Origin: Vulcanisaeta distributa DSM 14429
Lineage (GTDB): Archaea > Thermoproteota > Thermoprotei > Thermoproteales > Thermocladiaceae
Length of the DNA stretch: 32,000 bases
Assembly: GCF_000148385.1 (NCBI RefSeq)
Contig: NC_014537.1
Location: 1,920,001-1,952,000 of the forward strand
Direction: 5' to 3'
Shown: in pieces, positions 8,871 to 17,713 of the stretch
Numbering within the stretch: the stretch's first letter is position 1
How the letters are laid out: each line of letters starts with the position of its first letter
Notes under the pieces: generated by a model
Seen by the model: only the letters and a program-made list of their open reading frames with translations
Database searches by the model: none
Told to the model about the DNA's origin: nothing
Translations under genes and position numbers: made by a program

Positions 8871-9980
8871 TCACTCCCTAATTCTCGGATCGAGCATTAT
8901 ATATACGATCTCCATTATAAATATAATCACGATGTAAAGCAGTGTTGATGCATATGTTAGCGCAACAACGACAGGTAAATCAGGCGTTGGGGATCCAACA
9001 ATAGCAATATTGTATACATAACCTAGCCCCCACCAATGGAATACCATCTCCGTGACTAGGAAGCCGCCGAATATTATGAATGGTATTGTTATGAATATGC
9101 TCGTTAATATCGATGGGGCAGCGGGTCTAAGTATGTATCTATTAACCACGTGGCTCTCAGGCAATCCCTTAATCTTTGCGAAGGTCACGAAATCCTCTTG
9201 AGAAATATTAAGTACAACAGTCCTCGCGAAGTATGCCCAACCGCCAATATTAATTATTAATACCGTTATTAAAGGTAATGCGAAGTGCCATAGTAGGTCA
9301 AGGACTGCCTGCGGTATTGTAAATACCTTAGCAGGGTCTGTTAACCATAACTCATAGTACTTAGGGCTTATTATACCACCCGTTGGGAAGTAAATTGGTG
9401 AGTGTATCTGTGCCAGGTAAAATGAGAATATGAGTAGCATTACAATACCGAGCCACCACTGTGGTATGCCATTAGCCAATGCCGCATAATACATAACGGC
9501 TCTATCGGATTTAGAGCCGTACTTAAGGGCGGACCTAAGCCCTATCTCAATTCCAATGAAAGCGCTTAGTAATATGCCAAAGGTGTCAAGAAGTATTGTT
9601 CCGGGAAGTGCTGATAATATTATATCTACGACCTTACCACCACCAATATTACCATACTCACTTGGGAAGTATGAATAGCCCCAGTTAAAGACAATCATGT
9701 TATACATAATATAAAGGGTCCTAATTGCAGGTGGTTTATTAAGTCCATAGGCATTCTCCAACTCGGTCATGATTTGCTGCTGCAATTGCTGTATCTGCGT
9801 TGAGTTATAGTGACCGTGCAACATTAGGTTCATTATTATCGACTTCGTCTCCATCATTATTTCATCCTTAAGTATTTTAGACGCAGGCCCGGCTAGTGCG
9901 AAGGATATTACAAAGAGTACTATGAATAACAAGACAACCAATGTCATGGCCCTAACGGCAAGCGTCCTCGCAAGACCCAT
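8871..9980 (-). CDS. ABC transporter permease, OppB/DppB type
   Basis: It is 369 aa and polytopic. The EAA-like loop region is FAKIKGLPESHVVNRYILRPAAPSILT. It is adjacent to the OppC-type gene. Confidence 0.85.
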   Translation of the reverse strand: MGLARTLAVRAMTLVVLLFIVLFVISFALAGPASKILKDEIMMETKSIIMNLMLHGHYNSTQIQQLQQQIMTELENAYGLNKPPAIRTLYIMYNMIVFNWGYSYFPSEYGNIGGGKVVDIILSALPGTILLDTFGILLSAFIGIEIGLRSALKYGSKSDRAVMYYAALANGIPQWWLGIVMLLIFSFYLAQIHSPIYFPTGGIISPKYYELWLTDPAKVFTIPQAVLDLLWHFALPLITVLIINIGGWAYFARTVVLNISQEDFVTFAKIKGLPESHVVNRYILRPAAPSILTSIFITIPFIIFGGFLVTEMVFHWWGLGYVYNIAIVGSPTPDLPVVVALTYASTLLYIVIIFIMEIVYIMLDPRIRE

Positions 9981-10092
9981 CGAAGTTTAAGAGAATCCTT
10001 GCGTTATTTAAGTCTTACTAACGTTATTTAGGTCAATCTAGAATAAATATAAGAAAATAATTTTTTTAAAGAGATGATTTTTACAAAGTTAA

Positions 10093-12774
10093 TTATCTTC
10101 TTCTTCTAACAGCTAGCCATACGCCTATGGCAATTATTATTACAACTATAATCACTATTATAGCTATTAGTAGTGTTGTGCTTATTGTCGGCGCCTTAGT
10201 GACCTTAGGCGGTGGAGGTGGTGGCGGTGGTGGAGGTGGAGGTGGCGATACTGTTAGTGATGTTACGTACTGAACAGGTATTGTGACTACGTTTGTGAAT
10301 GCATAGAGTAGTAATTCGTAGGTCCCTGGCGTTAACGTTGCTGTTACGTTGCTCGGTATTGTTATTGTCAAGGTCCCTGGCGTTGTTGATGATGCGAAGG
10401 TCTCATAAACAATCTGCCCAGTGGCTGGGTTAATTAGGTACACGTAGGCCTCTGGATTACCGACAGCACTCACACTCACCGTTAATGTCGCGGTGGTGTT
10501 GGCCGTTATGCTTGTCGGTGATACTGAGGTTATGCTCGGTATTAGGTTAATTGGTACTGACGTCACGCCTAACCTAACGAAGATCTGGTTGAACCAGTAC
10601 GTGTAGTTATATGGATATCCACTCCAACTAACGAGTATTGCCGACTGCGGTGTTACTGTGGTTATGCTCTTGAGTATGTAAGGTCCATTACTAATCCAGA
10701 GGTTGCCATATGTGTTGTAGAAGTTAAGTGCGTCCTCATAATCCTGTATAGCAGTGGCTGTTGCATTGGTACCGAGGAAGTTGTAACCATTAACCACAGC
10801 CCATGAGCCATTATCCCATATGTACCCAGTCTTAATCCAGTCCTCAAGCACGCTGGCTAAGTACTGGTTGAACTGTGGTGATCTGAAGTCTGCCTGTGGT
10901 ATGCTCAGTGATTGAGCCTCACCACTCGTGAATGCGTACTTACCCTGCTGATAAGCGTAGAACTCAAGGGCTAATACGACCCATGGATTGGCGAATGTTG
11001 GGAAGCCAGGCGCGTAGTAAGCAGCCACAAAGTTAGGGTCTGGGAACCAGTAGTTACCGTAGATGACCACCGTGCCATTCGGGAAGAACTGCATACCAAC
11101 GATGGTACTCACGGTTGGTGCTATTATGCCACCAACATCACTCGCCGTAGCCTGGTTGGGTCCTAGGTCTGGTGCGCCGGTTGTCGTTGTTGCCGCCAGG
11201 TCGAACCACGTGTAATAGTAGAAGATAATGTCTGCCATGCTTATTGGCTGACCATCCTGCCAATAATGACCGAGCCAAGTGCCGTTGAAGTACAGGTAAA
11301 CGATTGACTTTGCGTACTGTCCGGGACCAACATCCTGCCAACGCTCAGCAGTGGCATTCCAAATGACCGCATTGGGCGGTACTGGGAATACCGCTGAGCC
11401 ATTCGGGCTAATAATCGCGTTCCAGGCACCCCTAAGCGGCATTGGTTCGCCAGTGAATGGGTTGTAGAAGGCGAATGGGTCGCTCGTGAACTCTTGGATA
11501 ACATCGTATGAATAGGTGTCTATTGAGACGAACCATCCGAAGTTATTCCATGGGAATTCACTAACGTGGAACATACCGACATTAAGCACGTTGGGGTGAG
11601 TGGTTGAGTATGCGAACTTAATGCCTAGGGGCCACTCAAGGCCGAAGATGCTGGGCATCCAGTTGGTTAGGTTCTGTATTGGGTATGGGAATGTGGCTGC
11701 CACTAGCCAAACCCTAACCGCCTGCTGGAAGCAGTCATAGAGGGCTGTCTTTGAGTAGCTCTCGAATTGCTGAAGTGATGTGAAATTACCTGTGGCGGCC
11801 CACGTGGTTAATTCGTCAATCGTGGAGTTTGCATATTGCCAATAACCAGGGACGCCCCAACCAGGCATGTCTCCAGTCCATGAGGCACAGAATGAGGCGC
11901 CAGCGTAGGTGTCCCAGGGCTCTGGGTATATCGTCCAAGCCTCGGTGTATATTTGCCACTCCATCTGTGCTGGGTTCGAACCATAGACTATTGTCAGTGC
12001 CTGTGATAGGTCGCCATATATTGGTTTAACCGTGAAGCCAAGACTCTGAAGTTCTGACATGAACATCTGACCAATGGCATATCTGAATGGGTCATCCTTT
12101 CTAATGAAGAATATTATTGTGACGGGTTGCGGTGTCGTGCTGTTTGGCGGTATGTAGTACCACTGGTGGTTGATGTATAGTATCCTGCCAACCCATGGGT
12201 TATACATACCGTCAAAGTTTGGCGTCGTGTTTATTGCCTGGAAGAGGGCGAATATTGATTGATTGACGTAGGTCGGGTCATAGTGGATATTGGCCTGAAC
12301 AATCATTGGTTGTATCAAAAGCTGGCTATCTATTGCGAATGGACCTGGCCAGTCATATACGGGTGTTGCATAGCCTGAGAATACCTGTGTAATTATCGCG
12401 TGCCTATCGACTAGGTAATTCATTAAGTATCTAAATTGCCAATAGGCGAATGGGTTAAACGTGGTATTGCTTGGGTATGGGTTGAAGAGTAAGTCATAGG
12501 CCGAAGTTATCGCGGGGCTAACCATTTGAATACCTGGCGTTGTACTCAATTGGGATAGGACGTTGGGCGGTAGCGCAAATGGGTTTAGGTAAATGTCTAT
12601 TTTGCCTGACGTGAAGTATTGAACGGCCTCGGTTGGCGTAACCTCATATAAATTAACCGTCGATGGCATTGTCTGCTGGGCATAAACGATAAGGCTTAGT
12701 ACTAGGAGCGCCGTTATTAACGCCGTTGCAGTTAGTACAAGTATTTTATTGCCGGTCTTCCTTTGTTTAGGCAT
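10093..12774 (-). CDS. extracellular solute-binding protein, family 5 (Opp/Dpp type; substrate peptide or oligosaccharide unknown), C-terminally membrane anchored
   Basis: It is 893 aa with an N-terminal signal/TM (ILVLTATALITALLVLSLIVYA). It heads the permease/ATPase genes. By my count it has at least 16 N-x-S/T sequons. The C-terminus has 13 consecutive Pro codons (10207-10245), then a TM helix, then RRRR. Confidence 0.8.
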   Translation of the reverse strand: MPKQRKTGNKILVLTATALITALLVLSLIVYAQQTMPSTVNLYEVTPTEAVQYFTSGKIDIYLNPFALPPNVLSQLSTTPGIQMVSPAITSAYDLLFNPYPSNTTFNPFAYWQFRYLMNYLVDRHAIITQVFSGYATPVYDWPGPFAIDSQLLIQPMIVQANIHYDPTYVNQSIFALFQAINTTPNFDGMYNPWVGRILYINHQWYYIPPNSTTPQPVTIIFFIRKDDPFRYAIGQMFMSELQSLGFTVKPIYGDLSQALTIVYGSNPAQMEWQIYTEAWTIYPEPWDTYAGASFCASWTGDMPGWGVPGYWQYANSTIDELTTWAATGNFTSLQQFESYSKTALYDCFQQAVRVWLVAATFPYPIQNLTNWMPSIFGLEWPLGIKFAYSTTHPNVLNVGMFHVSEFPWNNFGWFVSIDTYSYDVIQEFTSDPFAFYNPFTGEPMPLRGAWNAIISPNGSAVFPVPPNAVIWNATAERWQDVGPGQYAKSIVYLYFNGTWLGHYWQDGQPISMADIIFYYYTWFDLAATTTTGAPDLGPNQATASDVGGIIAPTVSTIVGMQFFPNGTVVIYGNYWFPDPNFVAAYYAPGFPTFANPWVVLALEFYAYQQGKYAFTSGEAQSLSIPQADFRSPQFNQYLASVLEDWIKTGYIWDNGSWAVVNGYNFLGTNATATAIQDYEDALNFYNTYGNLWISNGPYILKSITTVTPQSAILVSWSGYPYNYTYWFNQIFVRLGVTSVPINLIPSITSVSPTSITANTTATLTVSVSAVGNPEAYVYLINPATGQIVYETFASSTTPGTLTITIPSNVTATLTPGTYELLLYAFTNVVTIPVQYVTSLTVSPPPPPPPPPPPPPKVTKAPTISTTLLIAIIVIIVVIIIAIGVWLAVRRRR

Positions 12775-12798
12775 ATCAAGCTAACCTGAATTGAGCTT

Positions 12799-13287
12799 TT
12801 AAACTTTTCCATGTATATTAATTATTGATTCTGTAAATCCGATTATTAATAATGCAATTACTATTATAAATAATATTGTGAGTATAATTGTTAATGCATT
12901 AATTACCTCAGGCCTATAAATACTGATTATCGTAACCTCCCCATTACCAATTGATGTCAGGTTAAGCTCAGTTATTGTTGTAAAGTTCAGCTCCTTTAAT
13001 TGATAAGGACCTAAATTAACCGTGTAGTAAAGCGTTAATGTTATGTTGGTTTCAGGTATCCACTTAACTACCGTTACATTAATATCTAAATTACTATCGT
13101 TTGTCTCTAAGATTAGAAATACAACCCCAGATGGGTTTACCGTAAATGAGCCGTTAATTGGCGGACCCTTATAATAATAGTTAATACTAAATGGATTTAA
13201 TATTATGTACACGGCGAGGATTACCGTGATAGCGCCAATAATGTAGGCAGCAATTACAAACCTATTTCTAAGGATTTCACGAATCAT
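12799..13287 (-). CDS. hypothetical bitopic membrane protein upstream of the ABC binding protein
   Basis: It is 162 aa with N- and C-terminal hydrophobic helices flanking a beta-rich, sequon-rich middle. It lies 24 nt upstream of the SBP gene on the same strand. Confidence 0.5.
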   Translation of the reverse strand: MIREILRNRFVIAAYIIGAITVILAVYIILNPFSINYYYKGPPINGSFTVNPSGVVFLILETNDSNLDINVTVVKWIPETNITLTLYYTVNLGPYQLKELNFTTITELNLTSIGNGEVTIISIYRPEVINALTIILTILFIIVIALLIIGFTESIINIHGKV

Positions 13288-13309
13288 CGCAAAGCACTTA
13301 ATTTTAATT

Positions 13310-13465
13310 TTACACCTTTAACTTTGTCCTTCTCCAGAATCTCCTAGCTGGGTTCGTTAATACCCTCCTGTCAGTCTTAGCGGTTACCCAAATTGGCGGT
13401 GCCCTATTTGACTTACCCGCGGCTGCAAGCCTTAACTTCCTGCCCAATGGCTTATTCCTCGCCAT
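13310..13465 (-). CDS. rpl39e: 50S ribosomal protein L39e (51 aa; absent from supplied ORF track)
   Basis: Hand translation of the minus strand gives [51 protein letters not shown]. This is a near-consensus L39e. It starts 5 nt after the PDCD5-like gene stop. Confidence 0.9.
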   Translation of the reverse strand: MARNKPLGRKLRLAAAGKSNRAPPIWVTAKTDRRVLTNPARRFWRRTKLKV

Positions 13466-13470
13466 GCTCC

Positions 13471-13836
13471 TCACCTATACCTTATCCTGAACTCCCTATG
13501 GGTCTGTTTATAAATTGTTTCCAGTATCTTCTTGAGATCCTCATCGGTTATGGGAACCCTAATCCTACCCGACTGAGCCAGGGCAATCAGCTGCTGCTCA
13601 AGGGCCTCAACGAGTTCTGGCTTAACAACCCTAAGATTATCAAGTCTCTCCCTAGCCTCAGGCGTTAATATTACCCTAAGTACGGCCCTCCTCTGGGCAG
13701 CTAATTCCTGTCTCTTCCTCTCCTCCTCAATTTGTTTCTGAAGCTCCTGAAGCTTCCTCTGCCTAATGGCCTCAAGCTCGTCCTCACCCACTCCCTGGTC
13801 GCTACTTACCTCTCCATAGTTTTCATCAATAGACAT
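13471..13836 (-). CDS. PDCD5/TFAR19-like DNA-binding protein
   Basis: [36 protein letters not shown]...[11 protein letters not shown] is the conserved dsDNA_bind/PDCD5 core. It has the usual archaeal position between S19e and L39e. Confidence 0.85.
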   Translation of the reverse strand: MSIDENYGEVSSDQGVGEDELEAIRQRKLQELQKQIEEERKRQELAAQRRAVLRVILTPEARERLDNLRVVKPELVEALEQQLIALAQSGRIRVPITDEDLKKILETIYKQTHREFRIRYR

Positions 13837-13899
13837 GGCATAACAAAGGTAGTGGGCCTATTTATTAACCTTAAACCTTCATTAATGCATAGCTAGTAA

Positions 13900-14382
13900 T
13901 TACTCAGTGGTCGTCTTCGGTGCTAAGTACTTGGCAAGTTCAGGCCTTTGCTTAACCAATTCCTTAAATATGTTTAAAGCAATTTTATCAAGTAGTGACC
14001 TGCCCTGTGGCGTTACTACCCTACCCTCCTTCGTCTTTGCTATGAGACCGGCAGCCTCGAGTTGGTGCAGTATATTCCTAATTATTGCACCACCCGCCTT
14101 CCTAGTCCTCTCACTCCTAACGGCGCTACCGACCTTGGCCCTATAGCTGAATGCCATCCTCAGGCTACCGAGCCCAACTGGGCCGTTTAAGTAGACCTTC
14201 CTTAAAATGGCGGCGGCCCTTATGTACCACCAATCATCCTGCATTGGGGGCCTATCCTTATTTGGACCGGTCTTAACGAATAATGCCCAGTCTGGCGGCT
14301 TCACCTGAGGTACGTTCTCCCTCAAATACTTTGCTAATTCCTTAATCAGTAGGTCCGCGGGTACGTCCTTAACGCTTACCAA
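13900..14382 (-). CDS. rps19e: 30S ribosomal protein S19e
   Basis: VKDVPADLLIKELAKYLRENV...PPDWALFVKTGPNKDRPPMQDDWWYIRAAAILRKVYLNGPVGL matches S19e. The apparent start is TTG, with an in-frame stop 7-9 nt upstream. Confidence 0.95.
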   Translation of the reverse strand: MVSVKDVPADLLIKELAKYLRENVPQVKPPDWALFVKTGPNKDRPPMQDDWWYIRAAAILRKVYLNGPVGLGSLRMAFSYRAKVGSAVRSERTRKAGGAIIRNILHQLEAAGLIAKTKEGRVVTPQGRSLLDKIALNIFKELVKQRPELAKYLAPKTTTE

Positions 14383-14512
14383 GGCCGATCAAGAATGCGG
14401 GGCAATTAGGGTTAATAAGCATTTACTTAGCGTGACCGCCTATCTTAGACGGAACCAACCTCTGGCTAATGTTTAGGTAAAAGATTTATTACGGAGATGC
14501 ATTATTAGGCTT

Positions 14513-15385
14513 ATGACGTTCTCCATAGTGGCGACCGACGGTGTGGATGTTGGCATTGCTGTCGCATCTAAATTCATAGCCGTAGGCGCCATAGTACCTC
14601 ATGCACGGGCTGGTATAGGCGCTGTAGCAACGCAGTGCTACGCGAACCCGAGACTGGGCTCATTGATACTTAGGTTGCTTGAATCTGGTCTTAGTGCCAA
14701 TGATGCATTAATTAAGGCGCTTAATGAGGATTCAGGTAGGGAGGAGAGACAACTTGGTGTAGTGTCTATACGGGGTGACGCAGCCGCTTATACGGGTTCA
14801 AAGTGCCCTGAGTATGCGGGTCACATTGTGGGCAGTGGCTACGCGGTTCAGGGCAATATACTCGTTGGTCCTGAGGTTCTCGAGAAAATGGCTAAAGCCT
14901 TTGAGGCGAAACGGGGCGAGTTAGTTGATAAATTGCTTGAGGCATTAACCGCCGGTGATGCGGCTGGCGGTGATAGGAGGGGTAGGCAATCCTCAGCAAC
15001 AGGGTCTGGGTGATCATCAACCCTGAGGTCAACGTACGTATCAGTGAGACCGAGGTAACCACCGCCTGGCCTAAGCACTATAATCGCGACCTTGCGTAGA
15101 TTGTTTAGCATTTGGGAGTTAACGCTGTTGAGTAGGGAGGATCCTAATGATGTGGTTTTAAAGGCTGACGTTGCATTAACGGTTCAGAGGATTCTCAGGG
15201 GTCTTGGTTTTTATCGAGGTGAATTACACGGTAATTGGGATGAGAAGACCGAGGAGGCCTTTAGGGCGTGGGCAGGTTATGAGAATTTTGAGAATAAGAT
15301 TAGGAATGATGATAAGATATGGGGATCCATTTATCGCTACTTAATTAATGAGGCTAAGCGTAGGGGCTTGTTGGTTGATGATTAG
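14513..15385 (+). pseudogene. DUF1028-family (Ntn-hydrolase-like) protein with C-terminal PG_binding_1-like domain, interrupted by an internal inverted segment
   Basis: The N-terminal part (14513-14998) reads MTFSIVATDG..GIAVASKF..GAVATQ...GGDRRGRQSSA. The C-terminal part (15088/15092-15385) is in the same frame and reads LRRLFSIWEL...VQRILRGLGFYRGELHGNWDEKTEEAFRAW. The middle part is encoded on the opposite strand. Flipping 14999-15087 gives one 873-nt ORF. Confidence 0.75.
14999..15087 (-). other. inverted internal segment of the DUF1028 gene
   Basis: The minus strand encodes AIIVLRPGGGYLGLTDTYVDLRVDDHPDPV, the expected DUF1028 core between GRQSSA and LRRLF. The boundaries are ambiguous by a few nt; 14992-15091 is also frame-compatible. 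Confidence 0.75.
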
Positions 15386-15422
15386 AAGGATTAATAAATA
15401 GGTTGCTCTGTGGGTTTGTGCA

Positions 15423-15761
15423 ATGGCCATTAAATTCTGCCCGAGATGTAAGAGTGTAATGGTTTTAACAAAGAAGGATGGGAAGGCCGTTTGGAGGTGC
15501 CCTAAGTGTGGTTATGAGGAGGAGGCTGGTACAGGTAATGCGAAACTTGTTGAGAGGACAATGGTTGCTAAGAGGGATGATAAACCAATAGTATTGACGA
15601 AGACTGGCGAAGAGGCTCTGCCCAAGGTTAGGAAGACCTGCCCAAAGTGTGGTTATGAGGAGGCATACTTCTGGGTTCAGCAGACTAGGGCCGCCGATGA
15701 ACCGCCAACTAGGTTCTATAAGTGCGTTAGATGTGGGTATGTCTGGCGTGAGTATGAGTAA
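15423..15761 (+). CDS. tfs: transcription elongation/cleavage factor TFS
   Basis: There are two zinc ribbons (CPRC...CPKC and CPKC...CVRC). The C-terminal ribbon carries the acidic loop QQTRAADEPPTRFYKC. Confidence 0.9.
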   Translation: MAIKFCPRCKSVMVLTKKDGKAVWRCPKCGYEEEAGTGNAKLVERTMVAKRDDKPIVLTKTGEEALPKVRKTCPKCGYEEAYFWVQQTRAADEPPTRFYKCVRCGYVWREYE

Positions 15762-15805
15762 AAATGTAATTACTAAGTAATACTGTTTCTGCTGAGGATG
15801 TAGAG

Positions 15806-15817
15806 TTTATATTTAAG
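15806..15817 (+). promoter_or_regulatory. TATA box for PCNA gene
   Basis: TTTATATTTAAG is centred ~25 nt upstream of the ATG at 15836. Confidence 0.5.
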
Positions 15818-15835
15818 TGGCGGTTAGTTGATTTG

Positions 15836-16591
15836 ATGTCGGAGGTTAAGATAACATACCCAGATGCGAAGGAGTTCTCGCAAATAATAGATGCAGTATC
15901 AGCATTAATCGAGGAAGCAAGCTTTACATTGGCAAGTGACGGCCTTAAGCTAAGGGCATTGGACCCATCGAGGACTGCGATGATTGATTTATTAATACCC
16001 AGGGAAGCCTTTGAGGAGTTCCCTGAAAGCCTTAATGAGGAGGTTAGGATTGGCGTTAACTTTGATGATTTCAAGAAGTTACTGAGGAGGATTAAGAAGG
16101 GCGATAAACTAGGCATGGAGGTTAGTGAGGGTAAGCTCAAGGTAAGGCTTATGGGTAAGGCTTCGAGGACTATGACCCTGCCATTAATTGATATCGGTGC
16201 TGAGGAATTACCGACGCCAAAGGTTGTGTATACGGTACTTGCTAAGGTATCTAGCGATGCACTAAATGAGGCGCTTAAGGATGCTGATGTAATAGCTGAC
16301 GCTGTTAAATTCGATGCGAAGGATGATGGGTTGTATGTATCCGCGAGTAGTGATAAGGGTGATGTTGAGGTTAAGTTTGAGAAGGAGGGTGAGGTTATGT
16401 TTGAGTATGATCTTAAAGAGCCAGCAACGGCTAAGTATAGCCTTGATTACCTAGTCGACACAGTGTCGAAGGCCTACAGGATTAGTGATATAGTTACTAT
16501 CGAGTTCGCCACGCAGAAGCCCATTGCACTTACGTTTGAGATACCAATGGGTGGTAAGTTAACGTATTACATAGCACCAATGATCGAGTGA
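15836..16591 (+). CDS. pcn: DNA polymerase sliding clamp (PCNA)
   Basis: It is ~251 aa. The N-terminus ...DAKEFSQIIDAVSALIEEASF...GLKLRALDPSRTAMIDL and the C-terminal ...PIALTFEIPMGGKLTYYIAPMIE are typical of archaeal PCNA. It lies next to priS. Confidence 0.9.
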   Translation: MSEVKITYPDAKEFSQIIDAVSALIEEASFTLASDGLKLRALDPSRTAMIDLLIPREAFEEFPESLNEEVRIGVNFDDFKKLLRRIKKGDKLGMEVSEGKLKVRLMGKASRTMTLPLIDIGAEELPTPKVVYTVLAKVSSDALNEALKDADVIADAVKFDAKDDGLYVSASSDKGDVEVKFEKEGEVMFEYDLKEPATAKYSLDYLVDTVSKAYRISDIVTIEFATQKPIALTFEIPMGGKLTYYIAPMIE

Positions 16592-16621
16592 TTCACTATT
16601 GTAGTGAATAATATGGTTTTT
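16592..16621 (+). terminator. hairpin plus T-run after PCNA gene
   Basis: TTCACTA-ttg-TAGTGAA (7-bp stem) begins directly after the stop. It is followed by GGTTTTT. Confidence 0.35.
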
Positions 16622-16669
16622 ACCTTGTAAAAATAATTTTAATGCGAAATTAATAGCATAGATGTTTGT

Positions 16670-17713
16670 ATGCCGGGCTTCATTGATTTGGTGAAGGTAT
16701 TATTTAGGAATTACTATAGAGGAGTTGATATATCAGAAATAAGTGATCTAGAGAGAAGGGAGTTTGGTTTTCAATTCTTCGATAAGGAGGGAATGATTAG
16801 GCACATGGCCTTTAAGAGCAGTGATGAACTGAAGCGTTACCTAGTGAGTAATGTCCCATCCCACGTATATTACTCATCAGCCCTTTATAATGATCCTGCC
16901 AATCCAGATATGGATGCGAAGGGTTGGCTCGGTGCCGACCTAATTTTTGATATTGATGGCGATCACCTACCGACGCAGAATTGTCAGGGTGTTGAATTAA
17001 TGACGCTCGACTGCCTGAGTGACGCTACTGAAGAAGTTAATAAGCTCATTGATTTCTTAATCGAGGATTTCGGGTTTTCGGATTCATCTATTAAGATATT
17101 TTTCAGTGGCCACAGGGGTTATCACGTACATATTGAGTTACCCGATGTTAGGGGATTAACGGATGAGGAGAGGAGGGAGGTAATTGATTATCTGCTTCTG
17201 CGTGGTTTTGATATTGAGCGTTTAATTAGGGGTAACACCGTCCTCATAGATGTCAAGTTAAGGGGCATTGGTGGTAGGTTGGCATCACTAATTCATGAAT
17301 TAGACCCTGACTTACTTAATAATCTCGGCGGTAGAAGGAGGTTGAGTAAGTACATAATTCGGAAACTTAATTCCCTAAATCCCGTGATTAGTGAACGCTT
17401 ATCTACGCATGTCGATGAGGTGGTGACGATGGATGTTCATAGACTAATTAGGATGCCCAACTCACTTCATGGCAAGACTGGGCTGAGGGTTGTTAGGGTA
17501 AGCCCAAGCGATTTGGAGAGGGGGGTTGATTTCATCGTTGATAAGGCGATACAGTTTAGGAGGGGTTCATTAACATTGAGACTAACTAAGAAGTTACCTG
17601 TGAGGAGGATCCTTGGTGAGGATGTTAATGGCGATGAGGGGAGTATTATTAAGGTGCCTACTTACGTCGGTATTTACCTAGTAATGAGCGGTTGGGGTGA
17701 GCCAATTGATTAG
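16670..17713 (+). CDS. priS: DNA primase small (catalytic) subunit PriS
   Basis: Catalytic motifs are present: YYSSALY, DLIFDIDGDH, SGHRGYHVHI and HRLIRMPNSLHGKTGL. Confidence 0.9.
   Translation: MPGFIDLVKVLFRNYYRGVDISEISDLERREFGFQFFDKEGMIRHMAFKSSDELKRYLVSNVPSHVYYSSALYNDPANPDMDAKGWLGADLIFDIDGDHLPTQNCQGVELMTLDCLSDATEEVNKLIDFLIEDFGFSDSSIKIFFSGHRGYHVHIELPDVRGLTDEERREVIDYLLLRGFDIERLIRGNTVLIDVKLRGIGGRLASLIHELDPDLLNNLGGRRRLSKYIIRKLNSLNPVISERLSTHVDEVVTMDVHRLIRMPNSLHGKTGLRVVRVSPSDLERGVDFIVDKAIQFRRGSLTLRLTKKLPVRRILGEDVNGDEGSIIKVPTYVGIYLVMSGWGEPID

Noticed and set aside
13393-13668. The 91-aa plus-strand ORF in the ORF track.
   Set aside because: It overlaps two convincing minus-strand genes (L39e and the PDCD5-like protein), and its translation has no protein-like features.
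14987-15103. Possible inverted repeats marking a site-specific invertase target at the inversion boundaries.
   Set aside because: There is only a gapped, short similarity (CAATC..GCAA..GGTC). It is not a clean IR, and no recombinase gene is nearby. I therefore cannot claim a programmed invertible element.
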